Shown here piece after piece: positions 31,989 to 44,665 of a DNA stretch of 64,000 nt (position 1 is the first letter of the stretch; the number at the start of each line of letters is the position of its first letter). This DNA is from Escherichia coli (GTDB taxonomy: Bacteria; Pseudomonadota; Gammaproteobacteria; Enterobacterales; Enterobacteriaceae). The position numbers and the translations under genes were made by a program. The DNA lies in the NCBI RefSeq assembly GCF_041248615.1, contig NZ_CP158426.1. One strand, given 5' to 3'. Under the pieces are notes generated by a model. That model made no database searches, was not told the origin of the DNA, and saw nothing but the letters and a program-made list of their open reading frames with translations.

Positions 31989-33860
31989 TTATCTACGCAT
32001 GAATGCGTATTCTGATTGTGGTTGTGCGACGTAATGCCCCGGCCCGACGCATTGCAACGAGACGGCTGCCACCTCTTCGCCACGCAGATGAATATTGCTG
32101 GGAAGATCGTCCGACAGCAGTACACGCTGCGGTCGTTGTCGGGACGGTTCAGCGACCGGAACTGCCGCCAGTAATTTACGCGTATAAGGATGCTGCGGGT
32201 TTTCGAAGACCGCGCGCCGTGGACCAATTTCAACAATTTGTCCGAGATACATCACCGCCACACGATGACTAATCCGCTCTACCACGGCCATATCGTGGGA
32301 GATAAACAGATACGCAATGCCGAAATCACGCTGGAGATCGAGCAACAAGTTGATAATCTGCCCGCGAATAGAAACATCCAGCGCCGAGACGGCTTCGTCG
32401 GCAATGATCACTTTTGGATTCAATGCCAACGCGCGAGCAATGCAGATGCGCTGGCGCTGACCGCCGGAAAACTCATGCGGGTAACGCCAGGCATGTTCAG
32501 GTAACAGGCCCACGCGCTCCAGCAACCACGCAACGCGTGCAGCCGCTTCTTTACCTGGCAATAAACCGTGTACGCGCAGCGGTTCGATAATCGAATCACC
32601 GATGGTCTGACGTGGGTCCAGCGAAGCGTAAGGGTCCTGAAAAATAAACTGAATATCCCGGCGCAATGCCTGAAGTTTACCGGATGACAAGGTATCGATT
32701 CGCTGACCGTTAAAGATAATTTCGCCGCCCTGCGATTCGACCAGGCGCAGCAACGCCCGCCCGGTAGTGGATTTACCGCTGCCAGACTCGCCCACCAGCG
32801 ATAGCGTTTCGCCAGGCCAGAGATCAAAACTGACTTTCTCAACGGCATGCACTTCCCGCGTTACGCGATTCAACAAACCGCTGCGCAAAGGGAAACGGGT
32901 GACCAGATTACGCACCCGTAAAACAGGTTCGCCATCCACCACCGTTTTCTGCTCGATGGGTGGTTCCTGTTTGGCTGGATGTTCAAGCGATATCAATGGG
33001 AAACGTCGGGGATAATCTAACCCTTTCATCGCACCAAGTTGCGGAACAGCAGCTAACAGCGCACGGGTGTAAGGATGTTGCGGTGCATGAAAAATCTGTT
33101 CGACGCTACCCGTTTCCACCGCCTCGCCCTGATACATCACCAGTACCCGATCGGCAATCTCTGCCACCACGCCCATATCGTGAGTGATAAAGATAACGCC
33201 CATCGACATCTCTTTTTGCAATACTTTGATTAATTGCAGGATCTGCGCCTGAATAGTGACATCCAGCGCGGTGGTTGGCTCATCGGCAATCAGCACCGCC
33301 GGGCGGCATGACAGTGCCATCGCAATCATCACTCGCTGGCGCATCCCGCCAGAGAGTTGATGCGGATAACGTGAAAGAATGGTTTGTGCCTCCGGAATGC
33401 GTACCTGATCCAGCATCCGCTTCGCCTCGACCATTGCTTCTTCACGACTGGCGTTTTGATGCAGACGAATTGATTCGGCAATCTGTTCACCCACAGTAAA
33501 TACCGGGTTCAGCGATGTCATCGGCTCCTGAAATATCATCGCCATATCCGCACCGCGCACATGGCGCATTTGTGCAGCGCTCTGCTCGCTAAGTTCAATC
33601 ACTTCGCGACTGCGCCGCCGCAACAGCATTTGATCGCACTGCACTAAACCGCCCGCCTGTTCCAACAGGCGCATCAATGCCAGCGCAGTCACTGACTTAC
33701 CGGAGCCAGATTCGCCAACAATTGCCAGCGTCTCACCGCGTTGCAGGCTAAAAGAGAGATTGCGGACCGCAGCTATTTTCTGCTGGTCCTGCATAAAGGC
33801 AATATTCAGATTTTCAACCGCCAGCACATCACCGGCATCAAGTTCATCACTGTGTGGCAA
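31989..33860 (-). CDS. gsiA: Glutathione ABC transporter ATP-binding protein GsiA (two ABC domains)
   Basis: Two Walker A motifs (GESGSGKS twice); 623 aa if initiated at the TTG corresponding to the recalled K-12 N-terminus (M)PHSDELDAG. Confidence 0.85.
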   Translation of the reverse strand: MPHSDELDAGDVLAVENLNIAFMQDQQKIAAVRNLSFSLQRGETLAIVGESGSGKSVTALALMRLLEQAGGLVQCDQMLLRRRSREVIELSEQSAAQMRHVRGADMAMIFQEPMTSLNPVFTVGEQIAESIRLHQNASREEAMVEAKRMLDQVRIPEAQTILSRYPHQLSGGMRQRVMIAMALSCRPAVLIADEPTTALDVTIQAQILQLIKVLQKEMSMGVIFITHDMGVVAEIADRVLVMYQGEAVETGSVEQIFHAPQHPYTRALLAAVPQLGAMKGLDYPRRFPLISLEHPAKQEPPIEQKTVVDGEPVLRVRNLVTRFPLRSGLLNRVTREVHAVEKVSFDLWPGETLSLVGESGSGKSTTGRALLRLVESQGGEIIFNGQRIDTLSSGKLQALRRDIQFIFQDPYASLDPRQTIGDSIIEPLRVHGLLPGKEAAARVAWLLERVGLLPEHAWRYPHEFSGGQRQRICIARALALNPKVIIADEAVSALDVSIRGQIINLLLDLQRDFGIAYLFISHDMAVVERISHRVAVMYLGQIVEIGPRRAVFENPQHPYTRKLLAAVPVAEPSRQRPQRVLLSDDLPSNIHLRGEEVAAVSLQCVGPGHYVAQPQSEYAFMRR

Positions 33861-34812
33861 CGGTGTCCCCTTTTTCACGGTAGATACCGGTGGTTGGCGT
33901 ATCGCCTGCGTAGCCCCAGGCGCGATACATTCCTTCGGTGTTAAACGGTAGCGCGATATTACCTTCATGGTCGATAGCGATTAAGCCACCGCTACCGCCA
34001 AGCGCAGGGAGTTTTTCCATTACTACCCGCTCGCAGGCTTCCGCGAGACTTAATCCGCCGTAATCCATTAACGCGGCGATGTCATATGCCGCCAGCGCGC
34101 GGATGAAGACTTCGCCCGTACCGGTACATGAAACCGCCACACTGGCGTTATTGGCGTAGCATCCGGCCCCCACTAAGGGACTATCGCCAACTCGTCCGGG
34201 TAATTTATTGGTCATTCCGCCTGTGGACGTGGCTGCCGCCAGATTGCCGTCTAAATCCAACGCCACGGCCCCCACGGTGCCCATTTTCTGTTTTTCATCC
34301 AGTGGCGCACCGCTATGGTCGAGGACTGTTGCCCCTTCCTCACGCGCTGCCATTAGTTGTTCATAACGCAAAGGCGTGGAGAAAATCTCCGGTGAGACGC
34401 GCTCCATGCCATGAGCAAACGCAAAATTTTCTGCCCCTTCGCCAATCATCATCACATGCGGGCTTTGCTCCATCACCAGCCGGGCGGCAAGAACCGGATT
34501 ACGCAGATGACTAACGCCCGCCACCGCACCGGCTTTCAGGGTGTTACCATCCATCACACAGGCGTCCAGTTCATGGGTTTCATCACGCGTAAAGACAGCG
34601 CCAATTCCGGCGTTAAACAGTGGACACTCTTCCAGCAGACGCACCGCTTCCGTCACCACATCCAGCGCACTTTCGCCCGCTACCAGCATTTTCTGCCCGG
34701 TTTCAACAATGGCAGACAACGCCTCGATGTAGCGTAATTCCTGTTGCAGACTCATCTGCGCGCGGCTAATTGCACCTGCGCCACCATGAATTGCAATGAC
34801 TGCTTTGCCCAT
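33847..34812 (-). CDS. iaaA: Isoaspartyl dipeptidase / L-asparaginase IaaA (Ntn hydrolase)
   Basis: 321 aa; autoproteolytic GTVGAVA region; synteny. Confidence 0.9.
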   Translation of the reverse strand: MGKAVIAIHGGAGAISRAQMSLQQELRYIEALSAIVETGQKMLVAGESALDVVTEAVRLLEECPLFNAGIGAVFTRDETHELDACVMDGNTLKAGAVAGVSHLRNPVLAARLVMEQSPHVMMIGEGAENFAFAHGMERVSPEIFSTPLRYEQLMAAREEGATVLDHSGAPLDEKQKMGTVGAVALDLDGNLAAATSTGGMTNKLPGRVGDSPLVGAGCYANNASVAVSCTGTGEVFIRALAAYDIAALMDYGGLSLAEACERVVMEKLPALGGSGGLIAIDHEGNIALPFNTEGMYRAWGYAGDTPTTGIYREKGDTVATQ

Positions 34813-35015
34813 AGTATTCGTCCATTAAGGGTGGCTCGCCACTTTTGCTATAAATATCAGAATTTTTATGAATTACTCATTCAATTTTTGAATATAGAAA
34901 GATGGATATGGCATGTAAAGGCAGGAGCCAACGCTACGCCCGAGGTGGCATACAGTCTGTGGCGTTTTTCTGACATAATAGGCAAATTCGATTTTGCCTC
35001 CGCAGGAGTGTTTTC

Positions 35016-36251
35016 ATGGAATTTACCACCGGATTGATGTCGCTCGACACCGCGCTTAATGAGATGCTTTCTCGCGTTACCCCACTGACCGCCCAGGAAA
35101 CGCTGCCACTGGTTCAGTGTTTTGGTCGTATTCTGGCGAGCGATGTCGTTTCGCCGCTTGATGTCCCGGGGTTTGATAACTCCGCTATGGACGGCTACGC
35201 GGTGCGTTTAGCCGATATTGCCTCCGGGCAACCGCTGCCCGTTGCCGGTAAATCCTTTGCCGGTCAGCCGTACCATGGTGAATGGCCTGCGGGTACCTGC
35301 ATCCGCATTATGACTGGCGCACCAGTACCCGAAGGCTGCGAAGCGGTGGTGATGCAGGAACAGACCGAACAGACTGACGCTGGCGTGCGTTTTACTGCTG
35401 AAGTGCGTAGCGGGCAAAATATTCGCCGTCGCGGTGAAGATATCTCTGCGGGTGCGGTTGTTTTCCCGGCGGGAACTCGCCTGACTACCGCAGAGCTGCC
35501 AGTAATTGCTTCACTGGGGATTGCCGAAGTTCCGGTGATTCGTAAAGTGCGTGTAGCGCTGTTTTCTACCGGTGATGAACTCCAGTTGCCAGGCCAGCCG
35601 CTGGGCGACGGCCAAATCTACGATACCAACCGTCTCGCCGTACACCTGATGTTAGAACAGCTGGGATGCGAGGTAATCAACTTAGGGATTATCCGCGACG
35701 ATCCCCATGCCCTGCGCGCCGCATTTATTGAAGCCGATAGCCAGGCGGATGTGGTGATCAGTTCCGGCGGTGTTTCAGTGGGTGAAGCGGATTACACCAA
35801 AACCATTCTTGAAGAGCTGGGGGAGATCGCCTTCTGGAAGCTGGCGATTAAACCAGGTAAACCGTTCGCGTTCGGAAAACTTTCTAATAGCTGGTTCTGC
35901 GGCCTGCCGGGCAACCCGGTTTCAGCAACGCTGACCTTCTATCAACTGGTACAGCCTTTGCTGGCAAAACTAAGCGGCAATACCGCCAGTGGCCTGCCCG
36001 CGCGCCAGCGTGTACGCACAGCGTCCCGCCTGAAAAAAACGCCAGGACGCCTTGATTTCCAGCGCGGCGTGCTGCAACGCAACGCCGATGGCGAACTGGA
36101 AGTGACGACCACCGGGCATCAGGGTTCACATATATTTAGCTCCTTTAGCCTCGGCAACTGCTTTATCGTACTGGAGCGCGAGCGCGGCAATGTGGACGTG
36201 GGCGAATGGGTGGAAGTAGAACCGTTTAACGCATTGTTCGGAGGCCTGTAA
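35016..36251 (+). CDS. moeA: Molybdopterin molybdenumtransferase MoeA
   Basis: 411 aa; synteny. Confidence 0.9.
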   Translation: MEFTTGLMSLDTALNEMLSRVTPLTAQETLPLVQCFGRILASDVVSPLDVPGFDNSAMDGYAVRLADIASGQPLPVAGKSFAGQPYHGEWPAGTCIRIMTGAPVPEGCEAVVMQEQTEQTDAGVRFTAEVRSGQNIRRRGEDISAGAVVFPAGTRLTTAELPVIASLGIAEVPVIRKVRVALFSTGDELQLPGQPLGDGQIYDTNRLAVHLMLEQLGCEVINLGIIRDDPHALRAAFIEADSQADVVISSGGVSVGEADYTKTILEELGEIAFWKLAIKPGKPFAFGKLSNSWFCGLPGNPVSATLTFYQLVQPLLAKLSGNTASGLPARQRVRTASRLKKTPGRLDFQRGVLQRNADGELEVTTTGHQGSHIFSSFSLGNCFIVLERERGNVDVGEWVEVEPFNALFGGL

Positions 36252-37000
36252 TGGCGGAACTCAGCGATCAGGAGATGTTGCGCTACAACCGGCAAATCAT
36301 TCTGCGCGGTTTTGATTTTGACGGTCAGGAGGCGCTAAAAGATTCTCGTGTGCTGATCGTCGGCCTCGGTGGACTTGGCTGTGCAGCTTCGCAGTATCTG
36401 GCAAGCGCCGGTGTCGGCAATCTGACACTGCTCGACTTCGACACGGTTTCGCTCTCGAATCTGCAACGCCAGACTCTGCACAGTGATGCCACGGTCGGGC
36501 AACCGAAGGTGGAATCCGCCCGTGACGCCCTGACGCGGATCAACCCACATATCGCGATTACACCCGTCAATGCACTGCTGGATGACGCAGAACTTGCAGC
36601 ATTGATTGCTGAACACGATCTGGTGCTCGATTGTACGGATAACGTTGCGGTACGCAATCAACTGAACGCAGGCTGTTTTGCCGCGAAGGTGCCGCTGGTT
36701 TCCGGCGCGGCAATTCGTATGGAAGGTCAAATCACGGTCTTCACTTATCAGGACGGCGAGCCTTGCTATCGCTGCCTTAGCCGTTTGTTTGGCGAGAACG
36801 CGTTAACCTGCGTAGAAGCAGGCGTGATGGCACCGTTGATCGGCGTAATTGGTTCGTTGCAGGCAATGGAAGCGATCAAACTGCTGGCAGGTTATGGCAA
36901 ACCGGCCAGCGGGAAAATCGTCATGTACGATGCGATGACCTGTCAGTTTCGCGAAATGAAACTGATGCTTAACCCGGGGTGTGAGGTGTGTGGGCAGTAA
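36251..37000 (+). CDS. moeB: Molybdopterin-synthase adenylyltransferase MoeB
   Basis: 249 aa, ThiF/MoeB fold (GLGGLG) and C-terminal CxxC pairs; synteny. Confidence 0.9.
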   Translation: MAELSDQEMLRYNRQIILRGFDFDGQEALKDSRVLIVGLGGLGCAASQYLASAGVGNLTLLDFDTVSLSNLQRQTLHSDATVGQPKVESARDALTRINPHIAITPVNALLDDAELAALIAEHDLVLDCTDNVAVRNQLNAGCFAAKVPLVSGAAIRMEGQITVFTYQDGEPCYRCLSRLFGENALTCVEAGVMAPLIGVIGSLQAMEAIKLLAGYGKPASGKIVMYDAMTCQFREMKLMLNPGCEVCGQ

Positions 37001-37086
37001 TTGCCACCTCAGGCCAGATAAGACGTAGCAGGCATCGGTGCACTCCGCCACGTCATCAGCAATTTATGAGGATGCAGAACGTCCGG

Positions 37087-37749
37087 TTAAATCGACGTTC
37101 TGCCAAACGCTCCCTGCCAGTCCTGCTCAAACTTCGCCACAGCGGCATCAACCGCCGGATAGCTAATCATCTGTTGTGCCACATCCAGCGGCAGAGTAAT
37201 TGATTCACACCCTGCCAGTAAGCAGTCCAGCGCCTGACGCGGGGTTTTGAAACTCGCGGCTAACACTTTCGCCTGCGGCGCATGCATTTTCAATAACTGG
37301 TGTAAGTCGGTCACAGTCTGAATACCGCTACCGCCCTGAGCATCAATACGATTAACGTAAGGCGCAACATATTCCGCACCTGCCAGCGCCGACAGTAGCC
37401 CTTGTGCTGCGCCATATACCGCGGTTCCCAGCGTCGGAATCCCTTCCGCTTTTAACATCTTAATAGCTGCCAGCCCCTCAGCGGTCACCGGAACTTTCAC
37501 CACGATATCCGCAATAATAGAACGCAATTTACGTGCGTCATTCACCATCCCTTCAGCAGTGGTAGCCATTACCTGGGCAAACAGACGCCCCTGACCGCCC
37601 ATCGCCTCGTGAAGTTGCGGAAGCACAACCTCCAGCGGTTTTTTACCCGCTGCGATAATGCTTGGGTTAGTGGTTACACCCGCCAGCGGAAAAATACGTG
37701 ACAGCGCCTTCACCGCAACAACGTCTGAAGTATCCAGATACAGTTCCAT
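37087..37749 (-). CDS. fsaA: Fructose-6-phosphate aldolase 1 FsaA
   Basis: 220 aa from MELYLDTSD; the track ORF is a longer upstream extension. Confidence 0.9.
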   Translation of the reverse strand: MELYLDTSDVVAVKALSRIFPLAGVTTNPSIIAAGKKPLEVVLPQLHEAMGGQGRLFAQVMATTAEGMVNDARKLRSIIADIVVKVPVTAEGLAAIKMLKAEGIPTLGTAVYGAAQGLLSALAGAEYVAPYVNRIDAQGGSGIQTVTDLHQLLKMHAPQAKVLAASFKTPRQALDCLLAGCESITLPLDVAQQMISYPAVDAAVAKFEQDWQGAFGRTSI

Positions 37750-37879
37750 AACCATCCTCAAAATGTACTTTTTGTCTGAATGTAGACTATCACGGGAAAA
37801 CTCTCTGAACAGTTGACGCACATCAATCCAGCTTTCATTCGAAAGTATTTTAATGTTTGAACGAAACAGAGAGGCAACT

Positions 37880-38779
37880 ATGATTTTCAATATTCAACGC
37901 TACTCGACCCATGATGGCCCCGGTATCCGCACGGTCGTATTTCTTAAAGGCTGTTCGCTGGGCTGCCGCTGGTGTCAGAACCCGGAAAGCCGCGCCCGCA
38001 CGCAGGATCTGTTGTATGACGCACGACTGTGTCTGGAAGGCTGCGAGCTGTGCGCTAAGGCCGCGCCGGACGTGATTGAGCGCGCGTTGAATGGTTTGCT
38101 TATTCATCGGGAAAAGTTAACCCCGGAGCATCTGACGGCGCTAACCGACTGCTGCCCGACACAGGCGTTAACCGTGTGTGGTGAAGTGAAAAGCGTTGAG
38201 GAGATCATGGCGACCGTTTTGCGCGATAAACCGTTTTACGATCGCAGCGGCGGCGGCTTAACGCTTTCTGGCGGTGAACCCTTTATGCAGCCGGAAATGG
38301 CGATGGCGCTTCTGCAAGCCAGCCACGAGGCAGGCATTCATACTGCGGTAGAAACCTGCCTGCATGTGCCGTGGAAATATATCGCCCCTTCTCTGCCCTA
38401 TATCGATCTGTTTCTTGCCGATTTAAAACACGTTGCCGACGCACCGTTTAAACAGTGGACCGACGGTAACGCCGCCAGGGTGCTGGATAATCTGAAAAAA
38501 CTCGCTGCGGCGGGGAAAAAAATCATCATCCGCGTACCGCTGATTCAGGGCTTTAACGCCGACGAAACCTCTGTGAAAGCCATTACCGATTTTGCCGCCG
38601 ACGAGCTGCACGTTGGCGAAATCCATTTCCTGCCCTACCACACGCTGGGCATCAACAAATATCACTTACTTAATCTGCCCTATGACGCCCCGGAACAACC
38701 GCTTGATGCGCCAGAACTGCTCGACTTTGCCCAGCAGTATGCCTGCCAGAAAGGGTTAACCGCGACCTTACGAGGATAA
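37880..38779 (+). CDS. pflE: Glycyl-radical enzyme activase PflE (YbiY)
   Basis: Radical-SAM CxxxCxxC (CSLGCRWC); GAGG RBS before ATG at 37880; synteny. Confidence 0.85.
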   Translation: MIFNIQRYSTHDGPGIRTVVFLKGCSLGCRWCQNPESRARTQDLLYDARLCLEGCELCAKAAPDVIERALNGLLIHREKLTPEHLTALTDCCPTQALTVCGEVKSVEEIMATVLRDKPFYDRSGGGLTLSGGEPFMQPEMAMALLQASHEAGIHTAVETCLHVPWKYIAPSLPYIDLFLADLKHVADAPFKQWTDGNAARVLDNLKKLAAAGKKIIIRVPLIQGFNADETSVKAITDFAADELHVGEIHFLPYHTLGINKYHLLNLPYDAPEQPLDAPELLDFAQQYACQKGLTATLRG

Positions 38780-38784
38780 CAACC

Positions 38785-41217
38785 ATGACCACACTGAAAC
38801 TGGACACGCTCAGCGATCGCATTAAAGCGCACAAAAATGCGCTGGTGCATATTGTGAAACCGCCGGTCTGTACCGAGCGCGCGCAGCACTATACCGAGAT
38901 GTATCAACAACATCTCGACAAGCCCATTCCGGTACGTCGCGCGCTGGCACTGGCGCATCACCTGGCGAATCGCACCATCTGGATCAAGCACGATGAGTTG
39001 ATCATTGGCAACCAGGCAAGCGAAGTTCGCGCCGCGCCGATCTTCCCGGAATATACCGTCTCATGGATCGAAAAAGAGATCGATGATCTGGCAGATCGTC
39101 CCGGTGCTGGCTTTGCGGTGAGCGAAGAGAACAAACGCGTTCTGCATGAAGTGTGCCCGTGGTGGCGCGGTCAGACCGTACAGGATCGCTGCTACGGCAT
39201 GTTTACCGATGAGCAAAAAGGTCTGCTGGCGACCGGCATCATTAAAGCGGAAGGCAATATGACCTCCGGCGATGCGCACCTGGCGGTCAATTTCCCGCTG
39301 CTGCTGGAAAAAGGGCTTGATGGTCTGCGCGAGAAAGTAGCGGAACGTCGCTCGCGCATCAACCTGACGGTGCTGGAAGATTTACACGGTGAGCAATTCC
39401 TGAAAGCGATTGATATCGTGCTGGTGGCAGTCAGTGAACACATTGAACGTTTCGCTGCCCTGGCGCGTGAAATGGCCGCGACCGAAACCCGCGAAAGCCG
39501 TCGCGATGAACTGCTGGCGATGGCAGAAAACTGCGATCTTATCGCCCACCAACCGCCGCAGACTTTCTGGCAGGCGCTGCAACTGTGTTACTTCATCCAG
39601 TTGATTTTGCAGATTGAATCTAACGGTCACTCCGTATCTTTTGGTCGTATGGACCAGTATCTGTACCCGTATTATCGTCGCGACGTTGAACTCAACCAGA
39701 CGCTGGATCGTGAACACGCCATCGAGATGCTGCATAGCTGCTGGCTGAAATTGCTGGAAGTGAACAAGATCCGCTCCGGCTCGCACTCAAAAGCCTCTGC
39801 GGGAAGTCCGCTGTATCAGAACGTCACTATTGGCGGGCAAAATCTGGTTGATGGTCAACCAATGGACGCGGTGAATCCACTCTCTTACGCGATCCTTGAA
39901 TCCTGCGGTCGCCTGCGTTCCACTCAGCCTAACCTCAGCGTGCGTTACCATGCAGGAATGAGCAACGATTTCCTCGACGCCTGCGTACAGGTGATCCGTT
40001 GCGGCTTCGGGATGCCGGCGTTCAACAACGACGAAATCGTGATCCCGGAATTTATTAAACTCGGTATTGAACCGCAGGACGCTTACGACTATGCAGCGAT
40101 TGGTTGTATCGAAACCGCCGTCGGTGGCAAATGGGGCTATCGCTGTACCGGCATGAGCTTTATCAACTTCGCCCGCGTGATGCTGGCGGCGCTGGAAGGC
40201 GGTCGTGATGCCACCAGCGGCAAAGTGTTCCTGTCACAAGAAAAAGCGTTGTCGGCAGGTAACTTCAACAACTTCGATGAAGTGATGGACGCGTGGGATA
40301 CGCAAATCCGTTACTACACCCGCAAATCAATCGAAATTGAGTATGTCGTCGACACCATGCTGGAAGAGAACGTACACGATATTCTCTGCTCGGCGCTGGT
40401 GGATGACTGTATTGAGCGAGCGAAAAGTATCAAGCAAGGCGGCGCGAAATATGACTGGGTTTCTGGCCTGCAGGTCGGTATTGCCAACCTCGGCAACAGC
40501 CTGGCGGCAGTGAAGAAACTGGTGTTTGAACAGGGCGCGATTGGTCAGCAACAGCTGGCTGCCGCACTGGCGGATGACTTCGACGGCCTGACTCATGAGC
40601 AACTGCGTCAGCGGCTGATTAACGGTGCGCCGAAGTACGGCAACGACGATGATACTGTCGATACGCTGCTGGCTCGCGCTTATCAGACCTATATCGACGA
40701 ACTGAAACAGTACCATAACCCGCGCTACGGTCGTGGTCCGGTTGGCGGCAACTATTACGCGGGTACGTCGTCTATCTCCGCTAACGTACCGTTTGGCGCG
40801 CAAACTATGGCAACGCCGGACGGGCGTAAAGCCCACACCCCGCTGGCAGAAGGCGCAAGCCCGGCTTCCGGTACTGATCATCTTGGCCCTACTGCGGTCA
40901 TTGGCTCAGTGGGTAAACTGCCTACGGCAGCGATTCTCGGCGGCGTGTTGCTCAACCAGAAACTGAATCCGGCAACGCTGGAGAACGAATCTGACAAGCA
41001 GAAACTAATGATCCTGCTGCGTACCTTCTTTGAAGTGCATAAAGGCTGGCATATTCAGTACAACATCGTTTCCCGCGAAACGCTGCTGGAGGCGAAAAAA
41101 CATCCCGATCAGTATCGCGATCTGGTAGTGCGCGTCGCGGGCTATTCCGCCTTCTTCACCGCGCTCTCTCCAGACGCTCAGGACGATATCATCGCCCGTA
41201 CTGAACATATGCTGTAA
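38785..41217 (+). CDS. pflF: Glycyl-radical enzyme PflF (YbiW), PFL-like
   Basis: 810 aa with C-terminal glycyl-radical motif ([10 protein letters not shown]); synteny. Confidence 0.85.
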   Translation: MTTLKLDTLSDRIKAHKNALVHIVKPPVCTERAQHYTEMYQQHLDKPIPVRRALALAHHLANRTIWIKHDELIIGNQASEVRAAPIFPEYTVSWIEKEIDDLADRPGAGFAVSEENKRVLHEVCPWWRGQTVQDRCYGMFTDEQKGLLATGIIKAEGNMTSGDAHLAVNFPLLLEKGLDGLREKVAERRSRINLTVLEDLHGEQFLKAIDIVLVAVSEHIERFAALAREMAATETRESRRDELLAMAENCDLIAHQPPQTFWQALQLCYFIQLILQIESNGHSVSFGRMDQYLYPYYRRDVELNQTLDREHAIEMLHSCWLKLLEVNKIRSGSHSKASAGSPLYQNVTIGGQNLVDGQPMDAVNPLSYAILESCGRLRSTQPNLSVRYHAGMSNDFLDACVQVIRCGFGMPAFNNDEIVIPEFIKLGIEPQDAYDYAAIGCIETAVGGKWGYRCTGMSFINFARVMLAALEGGRDATSGKVFLSQEKALSAGNFNNFDEVMDAWDTQIRYYTRKSIEIEYVVDTMLEENVHDILCSALVDDCIERAKSIKQGGAKYDWVSGLQVGIANLGNSLAAVKKLVFEQGAIGQQQLAAALADDFDGLTHEQLRQRLINGAPKYGNDDDTVDTLLARAYQTYIDELKQYHNPRYGRGPVGGNYYAGTSSISANVPFGAQTMATPDGRKAHTPLAEGASPASGTDHLGPTAVIGSVGKLPTAAILGGVLLNQKLNPATLENESDKQKLMILLRTFFEVHKGWHIQYNIVSRETLLEAKKHPDQYRDLVVRVAGYSAFFTALSPDAQDDIIARTEHML

Positions 41218-41362
41218 TCTCCTCAGCCCGGCGGCGGCGTCGCCGGGCCAAATCATTCACACCATCAATTTTAGCCTCGCTTTCATTCGAAATATAATTT
41301 GTGCTCTGCGTCACATTGTTATTACACTGTTACGGTTTCATTTTCGAGCCAGGAGCACACCT

Positions 41363-42178
41363 ATGAGCGTAAAAGTTATCGTCACAGACATGGACGGTAC
41401 TTTTCTTAACGACGCCAAAACGTACAACCAACCACGTTTTATGGCGCAATATCAGGAACTGAAAAAGCGCGGCATTAAGTTCGTTGTCGCCAGCGGTAAT
41501 CAGTATTACCAGCTTATTTCGTTCTTTCCTGAGCTAAAGGATGAGATCTCTTTTGTCGCGGAAAACGGCGCACTGGTTTACGAACATGGCAAGCAGTTGT
41601 TCCACGGCGAACTGACCCGACATGAATCGCGGATTGTAATTGGCGAGTTGCTAAAAGATAAGCAACTCAATTTTGTCGCCTGCGGTCTGCAAAGTGCATA
41701 TGTCAGCGAAAATGCCCCCGAAGCATTCGTCGCACTGATGGCAAAACACTACCATCGCCTGAAACCTGTAAAAGATTATCAGGAGATTGACGACGTACTG
41801 TTCAAGTTTTCGCTCAACCTGCCGGATGAACAAATCCCGTTAGTGATCGACAAACTGCACATAGCGCTCGATGGCATTATGAAACCCGTCACCAGTGGTT
41901 TTGGCTTTATCGACCTGATTATTCCCGGTCTACATAAAGCAAACGGTATTTCGCGGTTACTGAAACGCTGGGATCTGTCACCGCAAAATGTGGTAGCGAT
42001 TGGCGACAGCGGTAACGATGCGGAGATGCTGAAAATGGCGCGTTATTCCTTTGCGATGGGCAATGCTGCGGAAAACATTAAACAAATCGCCCGTTACGCT
42101 ACCGATGATAATAATCATGAAGGCGCGCTGAATGTGATTCAGGCTGTGCTGGATAACACATCCCCTTTTAACAGCTGA
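41363..42178 (+). CDS. ybiV: Sugar phosphatase YbiV (HAD Cof-type)
   Basis: 271 aa, DMDGTF motif; paralogous to ybjI in this window. Confidence 0.85.
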   Translation: MSVKVIVTDMDGTFLNDAKTYNQPRFMAQYQELKKRGIKFVVASGNQYYQLISFFPELKDEISFVAENGALVYEHGKQLFHGELTRHESRIVIGELLKDKQLNFVACGLQSAYVSENAPEAFVALMAKHYHRLKPVKDYQEIDDVLFKFSLNLPDEQIPLVIDKLHIALDGIMKPVTSGFGFIDLIIPGLHKANGISRLLKRWDLSPQNVVAIGDSGNDAEMLKMARYSFAMGNAAENIKQIARYATDDNNHEGALNVIQAVLDNTSPFNS

Positions 42179-42186
42179 CCTCTCTA

Positions 42187-42209
42187 CCGGAGCCATGCGC
42201 TCCGGTTTT
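42187..42209 (+). terminator. Rho-independent terminator of ybiV (CCGGAGC-loop-GCTCCGG + TTTT)
   Basis: Hairpin and T-run read directly after the stop. Confidence 0.55.
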
Positions 42210-42329
42210 CCCTTCTTTTTACATCCTGTACATCACATCAAATCATTAAACTTGCATTAACTTATTTATAACTTATATTGTCACATGCAAATCATCATAG
42301 TTTCGAATGAAAGTTAATGCGAGGTGGTT

Positions 42330-43595
42330 ATGGCTTCTACTTTTACCAGCGACACATTGCCTGCCGATCACAAAGCAGCTATCCGTCAGATGAAGCACGC
42401 GCTGCGGGCACAGCTTGGCGACGTCCAGCAGATCTTTAATCAGCTAAGCGATGACATTGCTACGCGAGTGGCTGAAATCAACGCACTCAAAGCACAGGGC
42501 GATGCCGTCTGGCCGGTGCTGTCTTATGCCGATATCAAAGCAGGTCATGTTACTGCAGAGCAGCGCGAACAGATTAAACGTCGCGGTTGTGCGGTGATAA
42601 AAGGCCATTTCCCCCGCGAACAAGCGCTAGGCTGGGATCAGTCGATGCTGGACTATCTGGACCGCAACCGCTTTGACGAGGTCTACAAAGGCCCCGGCGA
42701 TAATTTCTTCGGGACGCTCAGCGCTTCACGTCCCGAGATTTACCCCATCTACTGGTCGCAGGCGCAAATGCAGGCCCGCCAGAGTGAAGAAATGGCGAAT
42801 GTGCAGTCGTTTCTCAATCGTCTGTGGACATTTGAAAGTGATGGAAAGCAATGGTTTAACCCGGATGTGAGCGTCATCTACCCTGACCGTATCCGCCGCC
42901 GTCCGCCCGGAACGACCTCCAAAGGTCTTGGAGCGCATACCGACTCCGGGGCGCTGGAACGCTGGCTGCTTCCAGCGTATCAGCACGTTTTCGCCAACGT
43001 CTTTAATGGCAATCTGGCGAAATACGATCCCTGGCATGCGGCACATCGTACGGAAGTTGAAGAGTACACGGTGGACAACACCACCAAATGTTCCGTGTTT
43101 CGGACATTCCAGGGCTGGACAGCGCTCTCTGATATGCTGCCTGGTCAGGGGCTGCTGCACGTCGTGCCCATTCCTGAAGCCATGGCGTACGTACTGTTAC
43201 GTCCGCTGCTTGATGATGTGCCGGAGGATGAACTGTGCGGCGTAGCGCCCGGAAGAGTATTGCCGGTATCAGAGCAATGGCATCCACTGTTAATTGAGGC
43301 GTTAACCAGCATTCCAAAACTCGAAGCCGGAGACTCCGTCTGGTGGCACTGCGACGTCATCCATTCCGTTGCCCCCGTTGAAAATCAACAGGGCTGGGGC
43401 AACGTGATGTACATTCCTGCGGCACCGATGTGCGAGAAAAATCTTGCCTACGCGCACAAGGTGAAGGCCGCACTGGAAAAAGGCGCATCGCCGGGCGACT
43501 TCCCGCGCGAGGACTATGAAACAAACTGGGAAGGACGCTTTACGCTTGCCGACCTCAACATTCACGGTAAGCGAGCGTTGGGAATCGACAGCTGA
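42330..43595 (+). CDS. ybiU: DUF1479-family protein YbiU
   Basis: 421 aa from MASTFTSD; synteny. Confidence 0.8.
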   Translation: MASTFTSDTLPADHKAAIRQMKHALRAQLGDVQQIFNQLSDDIATRVAEINALKAQGDAVWPVLSYADIKAGHVTAEQREQIKRRGCAVIKGHFPREQALGWDQSMLDYLDRNRFDEVYKGPGDNFFGTLSASRPEIYPIYWSQAQMQARQSEEMANVQSFLNRLWTFESDGKQWFNPDVSVIYPDRIRRRPPGTTSKGLGAHTDSGALERWLLPAYQHVFANVFNGNLAKYDPWHAAHRTEVEEYTVDNTTKCSVFRTFQGWTALSDMLPGQGLLHVVPIPEAMAYVLLRPLLDDVPEDELCGVAPGRVLPVSEQWHPLLIEALTSIPKLEAGDSVWWHCDVIHSVAPVENQQGWGNVMYIPAAPMCEKNLAYAHKVKAALEKGASPGDFPREDYETNWEGRFTLADLNIHGKRALGIDS

Positions 43596-44665
43596 GTGTC
43601 GTACAGCCCTTCCCGTTCCACGGCGGTGTTCCCTTTTCCTGGGCGAACCCGCCGCACTGACTCCCGCATCGCCAATCGTCCGTGCAGCAGCAGCGAGCCC
43701 ACCGGAGCATCCGGGCGAATCAGCCGCTGTTGCAACATTTGCACCGCTTCATTGCCTAGCTCATCGCGTGGCACATGCACAGCCGTCAGGGGAACATCCT
43801 CGATTGCCGCAAGGTTAAAGCCGTCGATACTCATCACCGAGACATCCTGTGGTACGCGCAGACCACGACGATGTAGCGCATTTACCGTTCCCGCCGCCAT
43901 AAAATCCCCGCCGACCAGAAACGCCGTCGGCAACGTCTTGCCATTGGCGGCATCCAGCCACGCTCCGACCTTTTCTTCCGCTTCTTTAGCGCTAAAACTG
44001 CTGATATTCAGCAAATGACGGTCATGGTGAAAGGCCAGATTATGCTGACGCCATGATTCTTTAATCCCTGCAAACCGCTGCTCCATAGTGTAGCGGCGCA
44101 GGCACATCACATTCATCACCTCCCGGTGACCCATTTCAAACAGATAGCGGGCGGCGAACGCGCCAATTAACCGATGGTCCGGCGCAATCGCCGGGAGGCG
44201 CATTCGTTCATCACGGCAGTTGATCAGCACACAAGGCTTAGCGAGATCGGCGGCCAGATCATGGATGTGCGGATCGTCAATCCCCAGCAGGATCGCCGCC
44301 TGCGTATCTGCTTCATTCATCCGCGAGAGAAATAGCGCGGGATCGCTGTCAAACTCCTCCAGCGCGCAGTAACGCAGCCGCACTTCATGCGGCGATAACG
44401 CTTTGCTGATGCTCTGGATCACACGGTAATAAAAGATATCAGATCGTTGGTCAAAAGCGCGTTGCGGCGCGAAAATAATCAGGTTGTTCAGCAACATACG
44501 ACCTGCTGCCATGCCATCCATCACGCCCAACTCACGCGCGCAGGCCAGCACCTGTTCGCGAGCGCGTGCACTGGTATTCGCTTTGCCAGCCAGCACCCGC
44601 GAAACCGTACTCGGCGATAGCCCGGTACGTGCGGCGATATCGGCGATTTTCAGCTTCTTGTCCAT
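43562..44665 (-). CDS. LacI-family transcriptional regulator (accessory island)
   Basis: N-terminal HTH (KIADIAARTGLSPSTVSRVLAG) and periplasmic-binding-like effector domain; start at MDKKLKIADIA; 3' end overlaps ybiU by 34 bp. Confidence 0.75.
   Translation of the reverse strand: MDKKLKIADIAARTGLSPSTVSRVLAGKANTSARAREQVLACARELGVMDGMAAGRMLLNNLIIFAPQRAFDQRSDIFYYRVIQSISKALSPHEVRLRYCALEEFDSDPALFLSRMNEADTQAAILLGIDDPHIHDLAADLAKPCVLINCRDERMRLPAIAPDHRLIGAFAARYLFEMGHREVMNVMCLRRYTMEQRFAGIKESWRQHNLAFHHDRHLLNISSFSAKEAEEKVGAWLDAANGKTLPTAFLVGGDFMAAGTVNALHRRGLRVPQDVSVMSIDGFNLAAIEDVPLTAVHVPRDELGNEAVQMLQQRLIRPDAPVGSLLLHGRLAMRESVRRVRPGKGNTAVEREGLYDTQLSIPNARLP

Noticed and set aside
31970-32236. N-terminal 89-aa extension of the gsiB track ORF (601 aa)
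   Set aside because: Extension overlaps the gsiA 3' end in another frame; the signal peptide begins at MARAVHRSG, giving the expected 512-aa binding protein.
42673-43565. Multiple 65-159-aa ORFs on both strands
   Set aside because: All lie inside ybiU, which has the expected length and synteny; they are frame shadows of a GC-rich gene.
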